Below are positions 32,127 to 41,913 of a stretch of DNA of 64,000 nucleotides, piece after piece. The position numbers and the translations under genes were made by a program. The stretch's first letter is position 1; each line of letters starts with the position of its first letter. Source of the DNA: an uncultured Clostridia bacterium (GTDB lineage: Bacteria; Bacillota; Clostridia; Christensenellales; UBA1242); assembly GCA_937891595.1 (NCBI GenBank), contig CALATF010000052.1, positions 17,921-81,920 of the forward strand. Direction: 5' to 3'. The notes under the pieces are model-generated. The model was given only the letters and a program-made list of their open reading frames with translations. It did not search any database and was not told where the DNA came from.

Positions 32127-32328
32127 GATTATCTCCACAAATTTATATATATTTAAAATTATAACTACTTTTTAAATATTTGTAAAACAATTTAATTAAC
32201 ATTTTTTAACTTAAAAAAACCAACAAAATAAAGCAAAATAGCAAAAATAATGCATTAAAAAAGTAGATAAAAAATTATAAAAAATATATAATATATTTGT
32301 AAATCAAATAAATAAGGAAGATTTTAAA

Positions 32329-33741
32329 ATGAGAAAAACTAAAATGGTTTGTACAATAGGTCCTTCGACCGACGGGTACAACAACATTGTAAGACTAATA
32401 AAATGTGGTATGAATGTTGCTAGACTTAACATGAGCCATGGAACACTTGAAAGTCATCAAAAAACATTAGATAATGTTAAAAAAGCAAGAGCAGATTTAA
32501 ATATGCCTTGTGCAATCATGGTGGATACTTGTGGCCCAGAACTAAGAATAGGCACTTTTGAAAGTGGGAAAATAACTCTTACCAAAGGTCAGCTTTTTGT
32601 TTTTTCAACAACAAAAGTCAATGGTACAGTTAACGAAGTATATTGTGGCTACCCAGCACTTTTAGATATTTTAAAACCAAAGCAAAAATTATACGCTAAT
32701 AATGGTTTATTAGAATTTACAATTCAGCAAGTTGAAAATGGTAAAATTTTATGTAAAGTTGACGTAGGTGGCGAACTTAGTAACCACAAAAGTATTTCTA
32801 TACCAAAAATAAGATTGCCATTGCCATTTATTAGTGAAAAAGACGAAAAAAATATAGAGTTTGCCGCTAAAAATGATGTTGAAATGATTTCTGCTTCATT
32901 TGTTAATAGACCAAGCGACGTTATTGAAATGCGTGAATGTATTAAAAAGTATGGCGGAAGACAAGAAATTATTTCTAAAATTGAAAGTGCTGAAGGTATT
33001 GCTAATTTAGATAAAATTATTGATGTAAGCGACGGCATTATGGTAGCCCGTGGTGATATGGGTACAGAAATACCTATCGAACAAATTCCAGCTGTTCAAA
33101 AAAATATGATTGAAAAAACAATAGAAAAAGCAAAAAGGGTTATTGTTGCTACTGAAATGCTTGAATCTATGACTTATAAACGTCGCCCAACAAGAGCAGA
33201 AACTACCGACGTAGCACAAGCAATTTATGACGGTGCAACAGCAACAATGCTTTCGGGTGAAACAGCATCTGGGCAGTATCCTTTCGAAGCTGCTTCAACA
33301 ATGTCAAAAATTATAACAGCTACCGAAAAAGTTATAGATTATGATAAAGAACTTCCAAGTACTTGTAAAAACGAACACAAAAACCTTGTTGCAATTTGCT
33401 ATTCTGCTTGTGCTGCAGCTAGGTCGTTAAATGCAAAAGCTATTGTTTGCTTTACAGACAAAGGCAAAACCGCAAAAATGATATCTCGCTTTAACCCAAA
33501 AGCTAAAATTATTGCAATTACTCATGACGAATTTATTTATAACGATTTATCTCTTGCATGGGGCGTTTACCCTGTAATGTCAAAAGTTTTTGATAACTTC
33601 GAAGATATGCTTCAAAACGCCGAAGATATTGTAAAAGATCTTAAAATTGCAAAACCGGGTGATACTATTGTTATTACTTTAGGTATTCCAACTAAAGATA
33701 AGGGCACAACAAACAGTATAAAAATTACACAAATTCAATAA
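32329..33741 (+). CDS. pyk: Pyruvate kinase
   Basis: 470 aa, including NMSHG and MVARGDMGTEIP. Confidence 0.95.
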   Translation: MRKTKMVCTIGPSTDGYNNIVRLIKCGMNVARLNMSHGTLESHQKTLDNVKKARADLNMPCAIMVDTCGPELRIGTFESGKITLTKGQLFVFSTTKVNGTVNEVYCGYPALLDILKPKQKLYANNGLLEFTIQQVENGKILCKVDVGGELSNHKSISIPKIRLPLPFISEKDEKNIEFAAKNDVEMISASFVNRPSDVIEMRECIKKYGGRQEIISKIESAEGIANLDKIIDVSDGIMVARGDMGTEIPIEQIPAVQKNMIEKTIEKAKRVIVATEMLESMTYKRRPTRAETTDVAQAIYDGATATMLSGETASGQYPFEAASTMSKIITATEKVIDYDKELPSTCKNEHKNLVAICYSACAAARSLNAKAIVCFTDKGKTAKMISRFNPKAKIIAITHDEFIYNDLSLAWGVYPVMSKVFDNFEDMLQNAEDIVKDLKIAKPGDTIVITLGIPTKDKGTTNSIKITQIQ

Positions 33742-33811
33742 TAAACAAAAAGACTAAAAATTTAGTGCTTTTTTAATTATTAGTGTTATTAAATATTTTA
33801 ACTTTTAAACA

Positions 33812-33845
33812 AAAAAAAGAGATAGCTAATGCTATCCCTTTTTTA
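33812..33845. terminator. Hairpin terminator between pyk and the convergent membrane-protein gene
   Basis: GAGATAGC TAAT GCTATCCC (one mismatch), flanked by an A-run and a T-run. Confidence 0.55.
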
Positions 33846-33858
33846 ATAAAAATATGAA

Positions 33859-34368
33859 TTATTTTTTTGCACACATTGCAAGAAGTCCGCTACCAGCAAA
33901 TCCGATTACAACTGATAAGAATGCAAACCAGTTAGAAATTGCAACAGCTGTGCTGCCAGCATCAGCTGTAACTTTATTTGAAAGAGTAAATATAATTACT
34001 GCTACAGCAAATAAAATTGCGGTGATAATAAGTACAAGGCTTGCAAGTTTTTTAATTCCTGCCATTTTAGATTTTTTACCACTAAGGAAATCTAAAACAA
34101 TAGCAATAGCAAGAATTGCAAAAGCAGCAATAGCAACAATAGCAACAACCATAGCAATAACTCTGAAAGTATCAGCAAAGCCATCGTTAATAAGATCAAA
34201 AGTAGTAACAACCGCTTTGTCAGGAGCAGCAAATATACCAAAGGTTGTTTCTGCCCATGTAGATTTTTCGCCTAGTGTTATTTTTACGTCGAACATATTA
34301 ACAAAAGCCATGATTGATGCAAGTACGCCAAGTGCCAAAGAACCAATATTGCAAATTAATTTTTTCAA
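33859..34368 (-). CDS. Hypothetical polytopic membrane protein
   Basis: 169 aa from a TTG start with SD AAAGGAG 9 nt upstream and ~5 TM segments. It is preferred over the co-extensive plus-strand ORF 33854-34387. Confidence 0.6.
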   Translation of the reverse strand: MKKLICNIGSLALGVLASIMAFVNMFDVKITLGEKSTWAETTFGIFAAPDKAVVTTFDLINDGFADTFRVIAMVVAIVAIAAFAILAIAIVLDFLSGKKSKMAGIKKLASLVLIITAILFAVAVIIFTLSNKVTADAGSTAVAISNWFAFLSVVIGFAGSGLLAMCAKK

Positions 34369-34595
34369 ATTTCTATTCTCCTTTTAATAAATGATAATTT
34401 ATTATACTATAATTTTATTTTTCCTTCAAAGTAAAATAACAAAAAAAATTATAAAACAGCAAATTAATATTTTTTGTTTAAGTATTTTATACAATTCTTT
34501 ATAAAAATGTTAAAAGGAGCACAATAAGTTTATGATTGACAAAATTAGCACATAACAATAATATATTAATGTATTCATTAAAGGGAGAAAAGTTT

Positions 34596-35414
34596 ATGAA
34601 CATGTTCTTTTCAGTGGGTTGGACGTCACTAATTGTTTTTTTTGTTGTTGGTTTAATAGGACTTTGGGTTTCTTTTAGTTTTTTAAACAAAAATGGCCTA
34701 TATTTATTTTGTGTTTTAGCTTCAGTTATTACTAGCGTTTTACCAAGTGCTCAATTATTTTCTCATAATATATCTCTTAGCACAGTTCTAATGCCTATAA
34801 TCATTTTTTCAATTATTGCCTGCTTTAATAAGTATGGCAAAGCAGAGGCTGTAAAATTATTTTTGGTAACTATTATTTCTCAAATTATTTTATTTGTTGT
34901 AGCTTTATTACAAAGTGCATATATAGATGCATTTGTTAAAACAAAACTATTTATGTCTTGGCAAATATTTGGCGGTTATTTTGCAAATATATTATCACTT
35001 TCATTTGCTTGTTTTGGAGTAATGGTTTTTCAAGAAAAAGTCAATTTAAAAAAGTTAAATGCAAGTCTTCAAACCGCTTGCCTTATTGCGGTTGCTTGTG
35101 CTATAGAAAATTTAATATTTTCGGTAATAGCTTATGCAGGTTTACTTTCTTTTGGTAACATTTTAATTGTGTTCTTAATTAAACTTTTAATTACTGTTTT
35201 AACTTCATTTATTTTAGGGTTTTTTGAAAAATATTTAAACAGGCAACTATCTTTCAAAATTGCAAAAATAGAAAAGGAAAACAAAAAAGAAACTGAAGTA
35301 AAAGAAGAAAAGCAGAAAAAAGAAAATAATAAACAGATTAAGGAAGAAGTAAAAAAAGAGCAACCTTTAGAAGAAAATTCTGAAGAAATAAATTATGATA
35401 ATTCAGCAGATTAA
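34596..35414 (+). CDS. Polytopic membrane protein with a K/E-rich C-terminal tail
   Basis: ATG at 34596 with SD AAGGGAG (the ORF-track start 34536 is unlikely) and ~7 TM segments. A link to the VUT/YhhQ family is only a weak impression. Confidence 0.55.
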   Translation: MNMFFSVGWTSLIVFFVVGLIGLWVSFSFLNKNGLYLFCVLASVITSVLPSAQLFSHNISLSTVLMPIIIFSIIACFNKYGKAEAVKLFLVTIISQIILFVVALLQSAYIDAFVKTKLFMSWQIFGGYFANILSLSFACFGVMVFQEKVNLKKLNASLQTACLIAVACAIENLIFSVIAYAGLLSFGNILIVFLIKLLITVLTSFILGFFEKYLNRQLSFKIAKIEKENKKETEVKEEKQKKENNKQIKEEVKKEQPLEENSEEINYDNSAD

Positions 35415-35493
35415 AAAATACTTGACTTAAACATAAAAAGGTGTATTATATCAAAGTAGTTTTTAATAAAAGGGCAAAAAGCCCTTTAAATTA

Positions 35494-35569
35494 GGGCAAT
35501 TAACTCAGTTGGTAGAGTGTCACTTTGACGTAGTGGAAGTCAGGAGTTCGAGCCTCTTATTGCCCACCA
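35494..35569 (+). tRNA. tRNA-Val (anticodon GAC)
   Basis: Hand-folded cloverleaf: acceptor GGGCAAT/ATTGCCC, D arm ACTC/GAGT, anticodon loop TTGACGT, T arm AGGAG-TTCGAGC-CTCTT, and an encoded CCA. Confidence 0.9.
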
Positions 35570-35576
35570 TTTATTT

Positions 35577-35603
35577 AAGCACCTTTTCTAAGGTGCTTTT
35601 TTG
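35577..35603 (+). terminator. Terminator after tRNA-Val
   Basis: AAGCACCTT TTCT AAGGTGCTT followed by TTTTT. Confidence 0.8.
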
Positions 35604-35748
35604 TTTTATTTACAAATTAAAATATTTTTAATTATAGATAATTAATTATAATTTTTGTAATTTACTTAAAGGGTGTCTTTTGATAAATATTGACAATTTT
35701 ACAATTTTATAGTACAATATAAACATAATACAAAGGGGGGAAATTAAT

Positions 35749-36324
35749 ATGCCAAGAGTATATAATTCAGCAAAAACTGCTTTTTCTACTGTTTTAGAAG
35801 ATAATAAAAACAGGGTAGAAAACGACATGGCTATATATGGTCCTGGAAGTACAAAACTAACAATAATCACAGATAATAGGGGTGAAAGACCAAATTGTTC
35901 TAAGAAAGGACCTATTTCGGAATCAGATGTTTTAGAAGGAACCACCGGTAATGGAATTAATTCTTTTGAAGGTAGAAATTATACACTTACACAATCAGAT
36001 AATTATACCCAATTACTAAAAAGTGCAACAAAAGATGATTTATATTTGTTTGCAACTTTGGCAAACCCAACTATTTTAAATGATGAATCAGTTAAAACAT
36101 CTTTTTATGACAGATTATCTGGTGTTCAAAGTATTGAAATTGCTAAAGTGTTAAATGACAAGGATAGTTGTGACAAATTACTTAAAGAACAAGCTGACGA
36201 AAAAGCTCAATTTGAAGAATTTTTTGGACTAGTAGAAGGTGCTGTAATGGCTCCTCAAAAAGATACTTTTTATCCAAAAGGGCATGACCAAACAGAAGAT
36301 TCTTCACTTGAAATTACACAATAA
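35749..36324 (+). CDS. Hypothetical protein
   Basis: 191 aa with SD AAGGGGGG upstream, no TM segment and no recognised motif. Confidence 0.55.
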   Translation: MPRVYNSAKTAFSTVLEDNKNRVENDMAIYGPGSTKLTIITDNRGERPNCSKKGPISESDVLEGTTGNGINSFEGRNYTLTQSDNYTQLLKSATKDDLYLFATLANPTILNDESVKTSFYDRLSGVQSIEIAKVLNDKDSCDKLLKEQADEKAQFEEFFGLVEGAVMAPQKDTFYPKGHDQTEDSSLEITQ

Positions 36325-36431
36325 TATTAAATAAATTTTATATTAAGCAAACTTAAAAATCTTTAAATAGCAATGTTTTTTAAGCAAAACTCTATTTAAA
36401 TATTTATTTTAATTAGTATTATTTGAATTAT

Positions 36432-36465
36432 AGCTCGAGGATTAAAGCCTCCGAGCTTTTATTTT
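36432..36465 (+). terminator. Terminator after the 35749-36324 ORF
   Basis: AGCTCGAGG ... CCTCCGAGCT (one bulge), followed by TTTTATTTTT. Confidence 0.65.
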
Positions 36466-36600
36466 TAAGTTTTTAATTTTTATAAATAAAAAAGTATGCA
36501 TAAAATACATATTTATTGTTTTATATGTTGAAACTATTAGCGTTAAAATTATTGCCTTAAAATTTTTATTAATATATTATATATTATGGAAGGTGAAATT

Positions 36601-37311
36601 ATGTTAGAACTAGTTAATTTTTCAAAGATTTATGAAAATGGTAAGGTAGGAGCACAAGATATTTCTTTAAAAGTAGAAAGCGGGGATATTTTTGCATTTA
36701 TAGGTCACAATGGTGCAGGGAAAACAACAGTTATTAAAAGTGTTGTAGGAATAAACGATATTACAAAAGGTGATATTTTAATTAATGGAATTTCTATGGC
36801 CAAAGACCCTCTTGCATGTAAAAAAATAATTGCTTATGTGCCTGATAATCCTGATATTTATGATTCATTAACTGGTGTGCAATATTTAAATTTAATAGGT
36901 GATATATTTAAAGTAGAAAAAAAGGAAAGAGAAACTTTAATAAAAAAATATGCTGATTTATTAGAATTAACTAATCAACTTAATAACTTTATTTCCACAT
37001 ATTCACATGGCATGAAACAAAAATTAGTTATTATTTCAAGTTTAATTCATAACCCAAAATTATTAATAATGGATGAACCTTTTGTTGGCTTAGACCCAAA
37101 GGCAAGTTTTATTGTAAAAAATATAATGAAAGAATTTACTTCAAATGGCGGGGCAATCTTTTTTTCAACACATGTTTTAGAAGTTGCTGAAAAATTGTGC
37201 AATAAAGTAGCTATTATTAAAAATGGTAGCATAATAGCAAACGGAACAATGAAGGATATTAAAAAAGATGCCTCATTAGAACAAGTATTTTTGGAGAGTG
37301 CAAATGAGTAA
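36601..37311 (+). CDS. ABC transporter ATP-binding protein
   Basis: Walker A GHNGAGKTT, signature YSHGMKQKL and Walker B LLIMDEP. ATG at 36601 with SD GGAAGGTGA. Confidence 0.9.
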   Translation: MLELVNFSKIYENGKVGAQDISLKVESGDIFAFIGHNGAGKTTVIKSVVGINDITKGDILINGISMAKDPLACKKIIAYVPDNPDIYDSLTGVQYLNLIGDIFKVEKKERETLIKKYADLLELTNQLNNFISTYSHGMKQKLVIISSLIHNPKLLIMDEPFVGLDPKASFIVKNIMKEFTSNGGAIFFSTHVLEVAEKLCNKVAIIKNGSIIANGTMKDIKKDASLEQVFLESANE

Positions 37312-38872
37312 TCTTAAATTATTAGTAAAAAATAATATAAATGCATTTGTTGGTGCTTTTCAAAACAAAACAAAAAGCAAATCTGAAAAAACTGCTTTAA
37401 TTTTTATTATTTTAGGTGTGCTTGGTATTCTTGCAATATATGCATTACAAGCAAACTATATGTTCATAGGGCTTGGCAAACAGTTGGGTTTGCATGATCT
37501 TTGCATGTTTCATTCTTTTACAACAACGTTAAGTGTTTGTGTAATAATAGGAATTATGCGTGTTTCAGATAAACAAAAAACGAACGATTCAGATTTATTA
37601 CTTTCATTACCTATAAAAAAAATAGATATAGTTATTTCTAAAACTTTATCTAAATACTTATTTGATTTTGCTATTATATTTATACTATATATACCTTACT
37701 TGGTTTTATATCAAGTTTACACAGGTTTTTCACTTTATATTACTTTAGTAGGGTTAGCTTATCAAATTTTACTACCTCTTTTAAGCACGGGTATTTCATA
37801 TATATGGTCATTTATAGTAACGCACATATTTAATAAAACAAAAATTGCTGGTTTTTTAAAATCTTTATTAACATTAATTGTGTTTGTGTTAATAATGGGA
37901 TTGCTTCTAATAAAAACATCTTTTTACGGCTTAGTAAAATATGAAAAATTATCTGCTTATTTTGCCGATAGACCTATAACAAACTTGTTTTTACAAGCAG
38001 TTATTTATAAAAAAGCTTTATTAAATATTTACTTATTTGCTTTAATTTTAATACCATTTTTTACAGGACTAATGCTTTACTACAAAACGTTTGGCAAAAC
38101 ATTTATGGCTTACACTTCTAAAAATGAAAAATTGAAGATAGTAGCAAACAATAATAGTTTTGCAAGCATGTTTAAAAAAGAACTTAATTATTTTTGCAAT
38201 ACACCAGCTTATTTGATTAATACTATGATAGGTCCAGTTATAAGTTTAGTTCTTTCAATAATAGTTTTAATTATGGGTGAAAGCGGGTTGTCTTTCTTGT
38301 TTGGTGGAATGTTGCCGGGTAATATATTAAGTGCAATAATTGTTCTTGTTTTATGCGGTTGTAGTGCATTAACAACTATAAGTTGTAGTTCAATTTCATT
38401 AGAAGGTAAAAGTTTTTGGATTTTAAAATCTTCTCCTATTAGTGAAAAAACATTATTTTTATCAAAAGCAATGCTTAACGTCTGTTTACTATGCCCATTT
38501 AATATTGTTTCAGCAATTTTATTTACAATAGCATTAAAATTACCTATTGCAACAATGTTGTTGTTAATCCTGTTACCTAATTTATTAGCTTTAAATATCT
38601 CTTTTGGTGGAGTATTTTTTAATATTTGTTTACCAAAATTAAAATGGGATAATGAAACAACAGTAGTAAAACAAAGTATGTCCGTCCTACTAACAATGAT
38701 TTTAGGAATGCTTTTAACTGCACTACCAGTAGGTGTTAATTATTTGTTTAAAGGCCTTTCATTAGAAATTGTTGCATTAATATCAGCTGGAATATATGTT
38801 CTTGCTTTAGTTTTAATTGTTGCAATATTGTTTACTAAAGGTATAAAAATATTTAGAAATATTAAATATTAA
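37298..38872 (+). CDS. ABC transporter permease (large, ABC-2-like)
   Basis: 524 aa with ~12 TM segments. It overlaps the ATPase gene by 14 nt. Confidence 0.7.
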   Translation: MQMSNLKLLVKNNINAFVGAFQNKTKSKSEKTALIFIILGVLGILAIYALQANYMFIGLGKQLGLHDLCMFHSFTTTLSVCVIIGIMRVSDKQKTNDSDLLLSLPIKKIDIVISKTLSKYLFDFAIIFILYIPYLVLYQVYTGFSLYITLVGLAYQILLPLLSTGISYIWSFIVTHIFNKTKIAGFLKSLLTLIVFVLIMGLLLIKTSFYGLVKYEKLSAYFADRPITNLFLQAVIYKKALLNIYLFALILIPFFTGLMLYYKTFGKTFMAYTSKNEKLKIVANNNSFASMFKKELNYFCNTPAYLINTMIGPVISLVLSIIVLIMGESGLSFLFGGMLPGNILSAIIVLVLCGCSALTTISCSSISLEGKSFWILKSSPISEKTLFLSKAMLNVCLLCPFNIVSAILFTIALKLPIATMLLLILLPNLLALNISFGGVFFNICLPKLKWDNETTVVKQSMSVLLTMILGMLLTALPVGVNYLFKGLSLEIVALISAGIYVLALVLIVAILFTKGIKIFRNIKY

Positions 38873-38892
38873 TAGTAAAATATAATCCATGA

Positions 38893-38932
38893 AAAAACAG
38901 CATTATCTACTTAAAGACAATGCTGTTTTTTT
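38893..38932. terminator. Bidirectional terminator
   Basis: AAACAGCATT (38895-38904) pairs with AATGCTGTTT (38919-38928), followed by a T-run. Confidence 0.75.
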
Positions 38933-38953
38933 GTTAATTTAAATAAGTTAATT

Positions 38954-39904
38954 TTAATCCTTTTTTAAAAACTTTTTTATTGTTTTTATAATTTCTTTAA
39001 CAGGTAAAGTTGTTTCAAATCCTGCTTCTTTTTTATGTCCACCACCACCAAATAACTCAGCAATTTTGTCTGCATTTTCATCATAGTTTGTCATAATTTT
39101 TGCAGTAATATTTTTATTTTGCTTAATTAAAACAACAAAAACATTAATATCAACAATCTTTCTTAATTCTTCTGCAATATGTTTAAAAACAAAGTTTTTA
39201 GTTATAAATTTATATTCGTCTTCTTTTTTATCCACAACAACATAATAACAGCCGTCAAAAGATAATTCGTTAATTGCTTTAGCAAGAGCCTTTGCTTCGT
39301 AAATAGATGTTTCAAAAAGTGTTTTTTTAGTAATGTTAATATAGTCTATTTCATTATTTATAAGTGTTTGAGCTATGCCGAAAGTTTTGTTAGAAATTCT
39401 TCTAGTAAAGCCGTTTGTATCAGTTAAAATTCCTGCATATAAACAGCGACATATTTTTTTTGTTAAATACTTTTCACCATTCAAAACAATTAGATTATAA
39501 ATCATTTCGCAAGTAGAACTTATCCCTGGCTTAGATAAAATATAATTAGATTGTTTTTTGTTGTTTTGGTGATGGTCTATATTAATAGTAAGTTGAGCAT
39601 TTTCAAAATATTTTTCGTAAATACCAAGTCTATTTTTAGTGCTAACATCTAGCGAAATAAACACATATTTTTCTTCATTTATTTTGTCAACTATAAAATT
39701 ATAATCATCTAACCATTTAATAATATCCCTATCTTCAGTAGGCAACAAAACGTAAGCCCTTTTTCCTATTGTGTTCAAATATTCTGCAAGTGCAATGCAT
39801 GAGCATACAGAGTCTTGATCAGGAGTAATGTGGCCTGCCAAGTAAATAGGAGTAGTGCTAGATAATGTTTTTATTAATTTGTTTATTTTTTTATATTCTT
39901 TCAA
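38954..39904 (-). CDS. DHH/DHHA1 phosphoesterase (NrnA-like)
   Basis: GHITPDQDSVCS, IDHHQNN, GILTDTNGF and the DHHA1 motif GGGGHKKEAG. Its start lies 2 nt after the stop of the upstream gene. Confidence 0.85.
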   Translation of the reverse strand: MKEYKKINKLIKTLSSTTPIYLAGHITPDQDSVCSCIALAEYLNTIGKRAYVLLPTEDRDIIKWLDDYNFIVDKINEEKYVFISLDVSTKNRLGIYEKYFENAQLTINIDHHQNNKKQSNYILSKPGISSTCEMIYNLIVLNGEKYLTKKICRCLYAGILTDTNGFTRRISNKTFGIAQTLINNEIDYINITKKTLFETSIYEAKALAKAINELSFDGCYYVVVDKKEDEYKFITKNFVFKHIAEELRKIVDINVFVVLIKQNKNITAKIMTNYDENADKIAELFGGGGHKKEAGFETTLPVKEIIKTIKKFLKKD

Positions 39905-39906
39905 TT

Positions 39907-41715
39907 TTACACCCCAAAATCTATAACCTCACAAGGGTTAATATCATTTAATCTTTCAAGCCCTTTTTGCCTATAGTTAGTACTAGAATTATCGTTCTTT
40001 TCTCTTGGCAAACTAATTAAATTAATGTCTGAATAATTTAGTTTTAGATTAGATAATTCTTTTAAACTACTTTCAGGTTTACATTCTGGCCTTTCAACCC
40101 AGTCAGAACCAAGAAAAATTGCTGTTTTTCCGCCTTTTTTATTAACATTATCTAAATGCTTTAAAATTTCAATAGGTGGTAAAATATCGCAATCTGTTTT
40201 TACAACCTTATCTGTATTTCTTAGCGAATATAAAATATATTTTCTTTCGTTACAACTAAGAACAGGAGCTTTGCCTTTAACTAGCATACTATACTCGTCT
40301 GTTTTAACCCCAACAATAAGTGTTTTACATAAATCTGATGCCTGTTTAATGTATGTTATATGCCCGGGATGTAGCATATCAAATACTCCAGGTAAATAAC
40401 CAACATCATAAACTGTATTTGGTTGATTATACAAAAATAGAGGAGCTATTTCATTTTTCAATTTAATTTGAGCAGATAAATCTATTCTTGTTGTAGCCGA
40501 AACATTAGTCATCAATTCTAAAGCTTCACGACGTTGAATGGTAGAGTACATAGGGGGTCTTCCGGTTACAAGTTCAACAAGTTCTTTGTTATAAACAGCC
40601 ACTTCAACGTGTTTGTAACTTTCGCTAAGTTTCTTAATAAGTTCCAAATCTTTTTTTCTTAGCAAATCGAAAATTCCACTTAAAACACATGTGGTTAGTC
40701 GAAAGTTTCCTGCAATAAGTTTTCTTATTTTATCAAATTCGTCATAACGCATGTCTGCAATTTTATCTACAGTTCTTCTAAAAACTTCAACTACTTTTAA
40801 ATTTTGGTCCTTAAGTTGAATTTGTTTTTTAGTATAGTTAAAAACACGCTCTATTTCGCATTCAATTAATTTATTATTTAATACAGTTTCTTTAAGTGCA
40901 AGATTTTTGTATATTTTATCTTCGTTTTTTAAAATAAATGAAGAAATAGCATAAGTTACGCAAGCGTCTTGATAAATTTTTGGATATTTATTAAAAATGT
41001 CTAAATTTCTATTAAAAATATTTTCAATGTCTTTTTGATTTTGCGATATTTCCTTGTTAGACATTATATTTTTGTTTAATTGCAAGTGGGCAAGAGCTTC
41101 AAAATAAGGGAATAAGCATGCCGAGATATATGATTTTTCACTTTCATCTATTAATAACTGAGATTTATAAACAGGTGCGTGTGTTGCAAAATGTGCGATA
41201 TATTGTTCTCTTGTTTTAACTTGAATTTCAATGGGATAACCATTTAAAACAATGTTAGCCCTAACATTTTTATAGCCATTGCATGTTTGATAGCCTTTAT
41301 TAGAAGGCGGGTCATATGCAGGAAAAGATTGTGCGTCTAAACCTTTATCTTTAATAAAATCATCTTTCCTATAATCATGAAAAAGGTTTCTAGAAAAAGG
41401 GTTTTTATTATTGCTATATGTTTTTGTTATATAATTTAATACAAAGTCAACGTCTTGGTTTGTTTTAACAACAACCATAAGGCCTATAATATCTTTCATT
41501 CTTGCCCAGCTAACATTGTACTTATTGTCTGAAGAAAATTTTCTTAAAGCAGATAACGGAGCTTTAATCCTTTCTGTTACAAAAACATAATCTAGTGGCA
41601 AATTTTCGAAGTTCGACTTTAAAGAAATAACCATTGAATGCACATTTTCGTCATCATTAGCTATTCTAATTTTTTCTAGTAGTTGTCTAGCTACATCTAA
41701 ATTTGGTTCGTTCAT
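39907..41715 (-). CDS. Fusion protein: divergent RelA/SpoT-type nucleotidyl/pyrophosphotransferase domain + degenerate and intact cytidylyltransferase-fold (HxGH) domains
   Basis: Residues ~45-185 align to the small alarmone synthetase pattern: ERIKAPLSALRKF, MKDIIGLMVVV, CNGYKNVRANI, EIQVKTREQY..H..VYK. Residues 341-410 are TagD-like with HxGH degraded to RKKD (SGIFDLLRKKD). Residues 436-585 form an intact domain with GVFDMLHPGH (CATCCCGGGCAT = reverse complement of 40359-40370) and a C-terminal PRE..SST segment. Confidence 0.75.
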   Translation of the reverse strand: MNEPNLDVARQLLEKIRIANDDENVHSMVISLKSNFENLPLDYVFVTERIKAPLSALRKFSSDNKYNVSWARMKDIIGLMVVVKTNQDVDFVLNYITKTYSNNKNPFSRNLFHDYRKDDFIKDKGLDAQSFPAYDPPSNKGYQTCNGYKNVRANIVLNGYPIEIQVKTREQYIAHFATHAPVYKSQLLIDESEKSYISACLFPYFEALAHLQLNKNIMSNKEISQNQKDIENIFNRNLDIFNKYPKIYQDACVTYAISSFILKNEDKIYKNLALKETVLNNKLIECEIERVFNYTKKQIQLKDQNLKVVEVFRRTVDKIADMRYDEFDKIRKLIAGNFRLTTCVLSGIFDLLRKKDLELIKKLSESYKHVEVAVYNKELVELVTGRPPMYSTIQRREALELMTNVSATTRIDLSAQIKLKNEIAPLFLYNQPNTVYDVGYLPGVFDMLHPGHITYIKQASDLCKTLIVGVKTDEYSMLVKGKAPVLSCNERKYILYSLRNTDKVVKTDCDILPPIEILKHLDNVNKKGGKTAIFLGSDWVERPECKPESSLKELSNLKLNYSDINLISLPREKNDNSSTNYRQKGLERLNDINPCEVIDFGV

Positions 41716-41913
41716 AATTTCACCACAAATAGTAAATTAGTTGAATAATACAACTTTATGTATTTAATTATAAAATATTTTAATTTTATAGTCAATTTTA
41801 ATAATTAATCAAACCAGCAATTAATTTAAAAAAACATATATAGCTGTTGTTTGACTTTTTTATATAAAAAAAATAATATATTAATGAAGAATATAAAATT
41901 TAGGGGTATTATT

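Noticed and set aside
33854-34387. 177-aa plus-strand ORF co-extensive with the minus-strand ORF 33859-34368
   Set aside because: The minus-strand frame has a good SD (AAAGGAG, 9 nt) and encodes regular TM helices ending at a terminator shared with pyk. The plus-strand frame has no SD and would run straight out of the pyk terminator. Both frames are open only because of Ala/Ile-rich codon periodicity.
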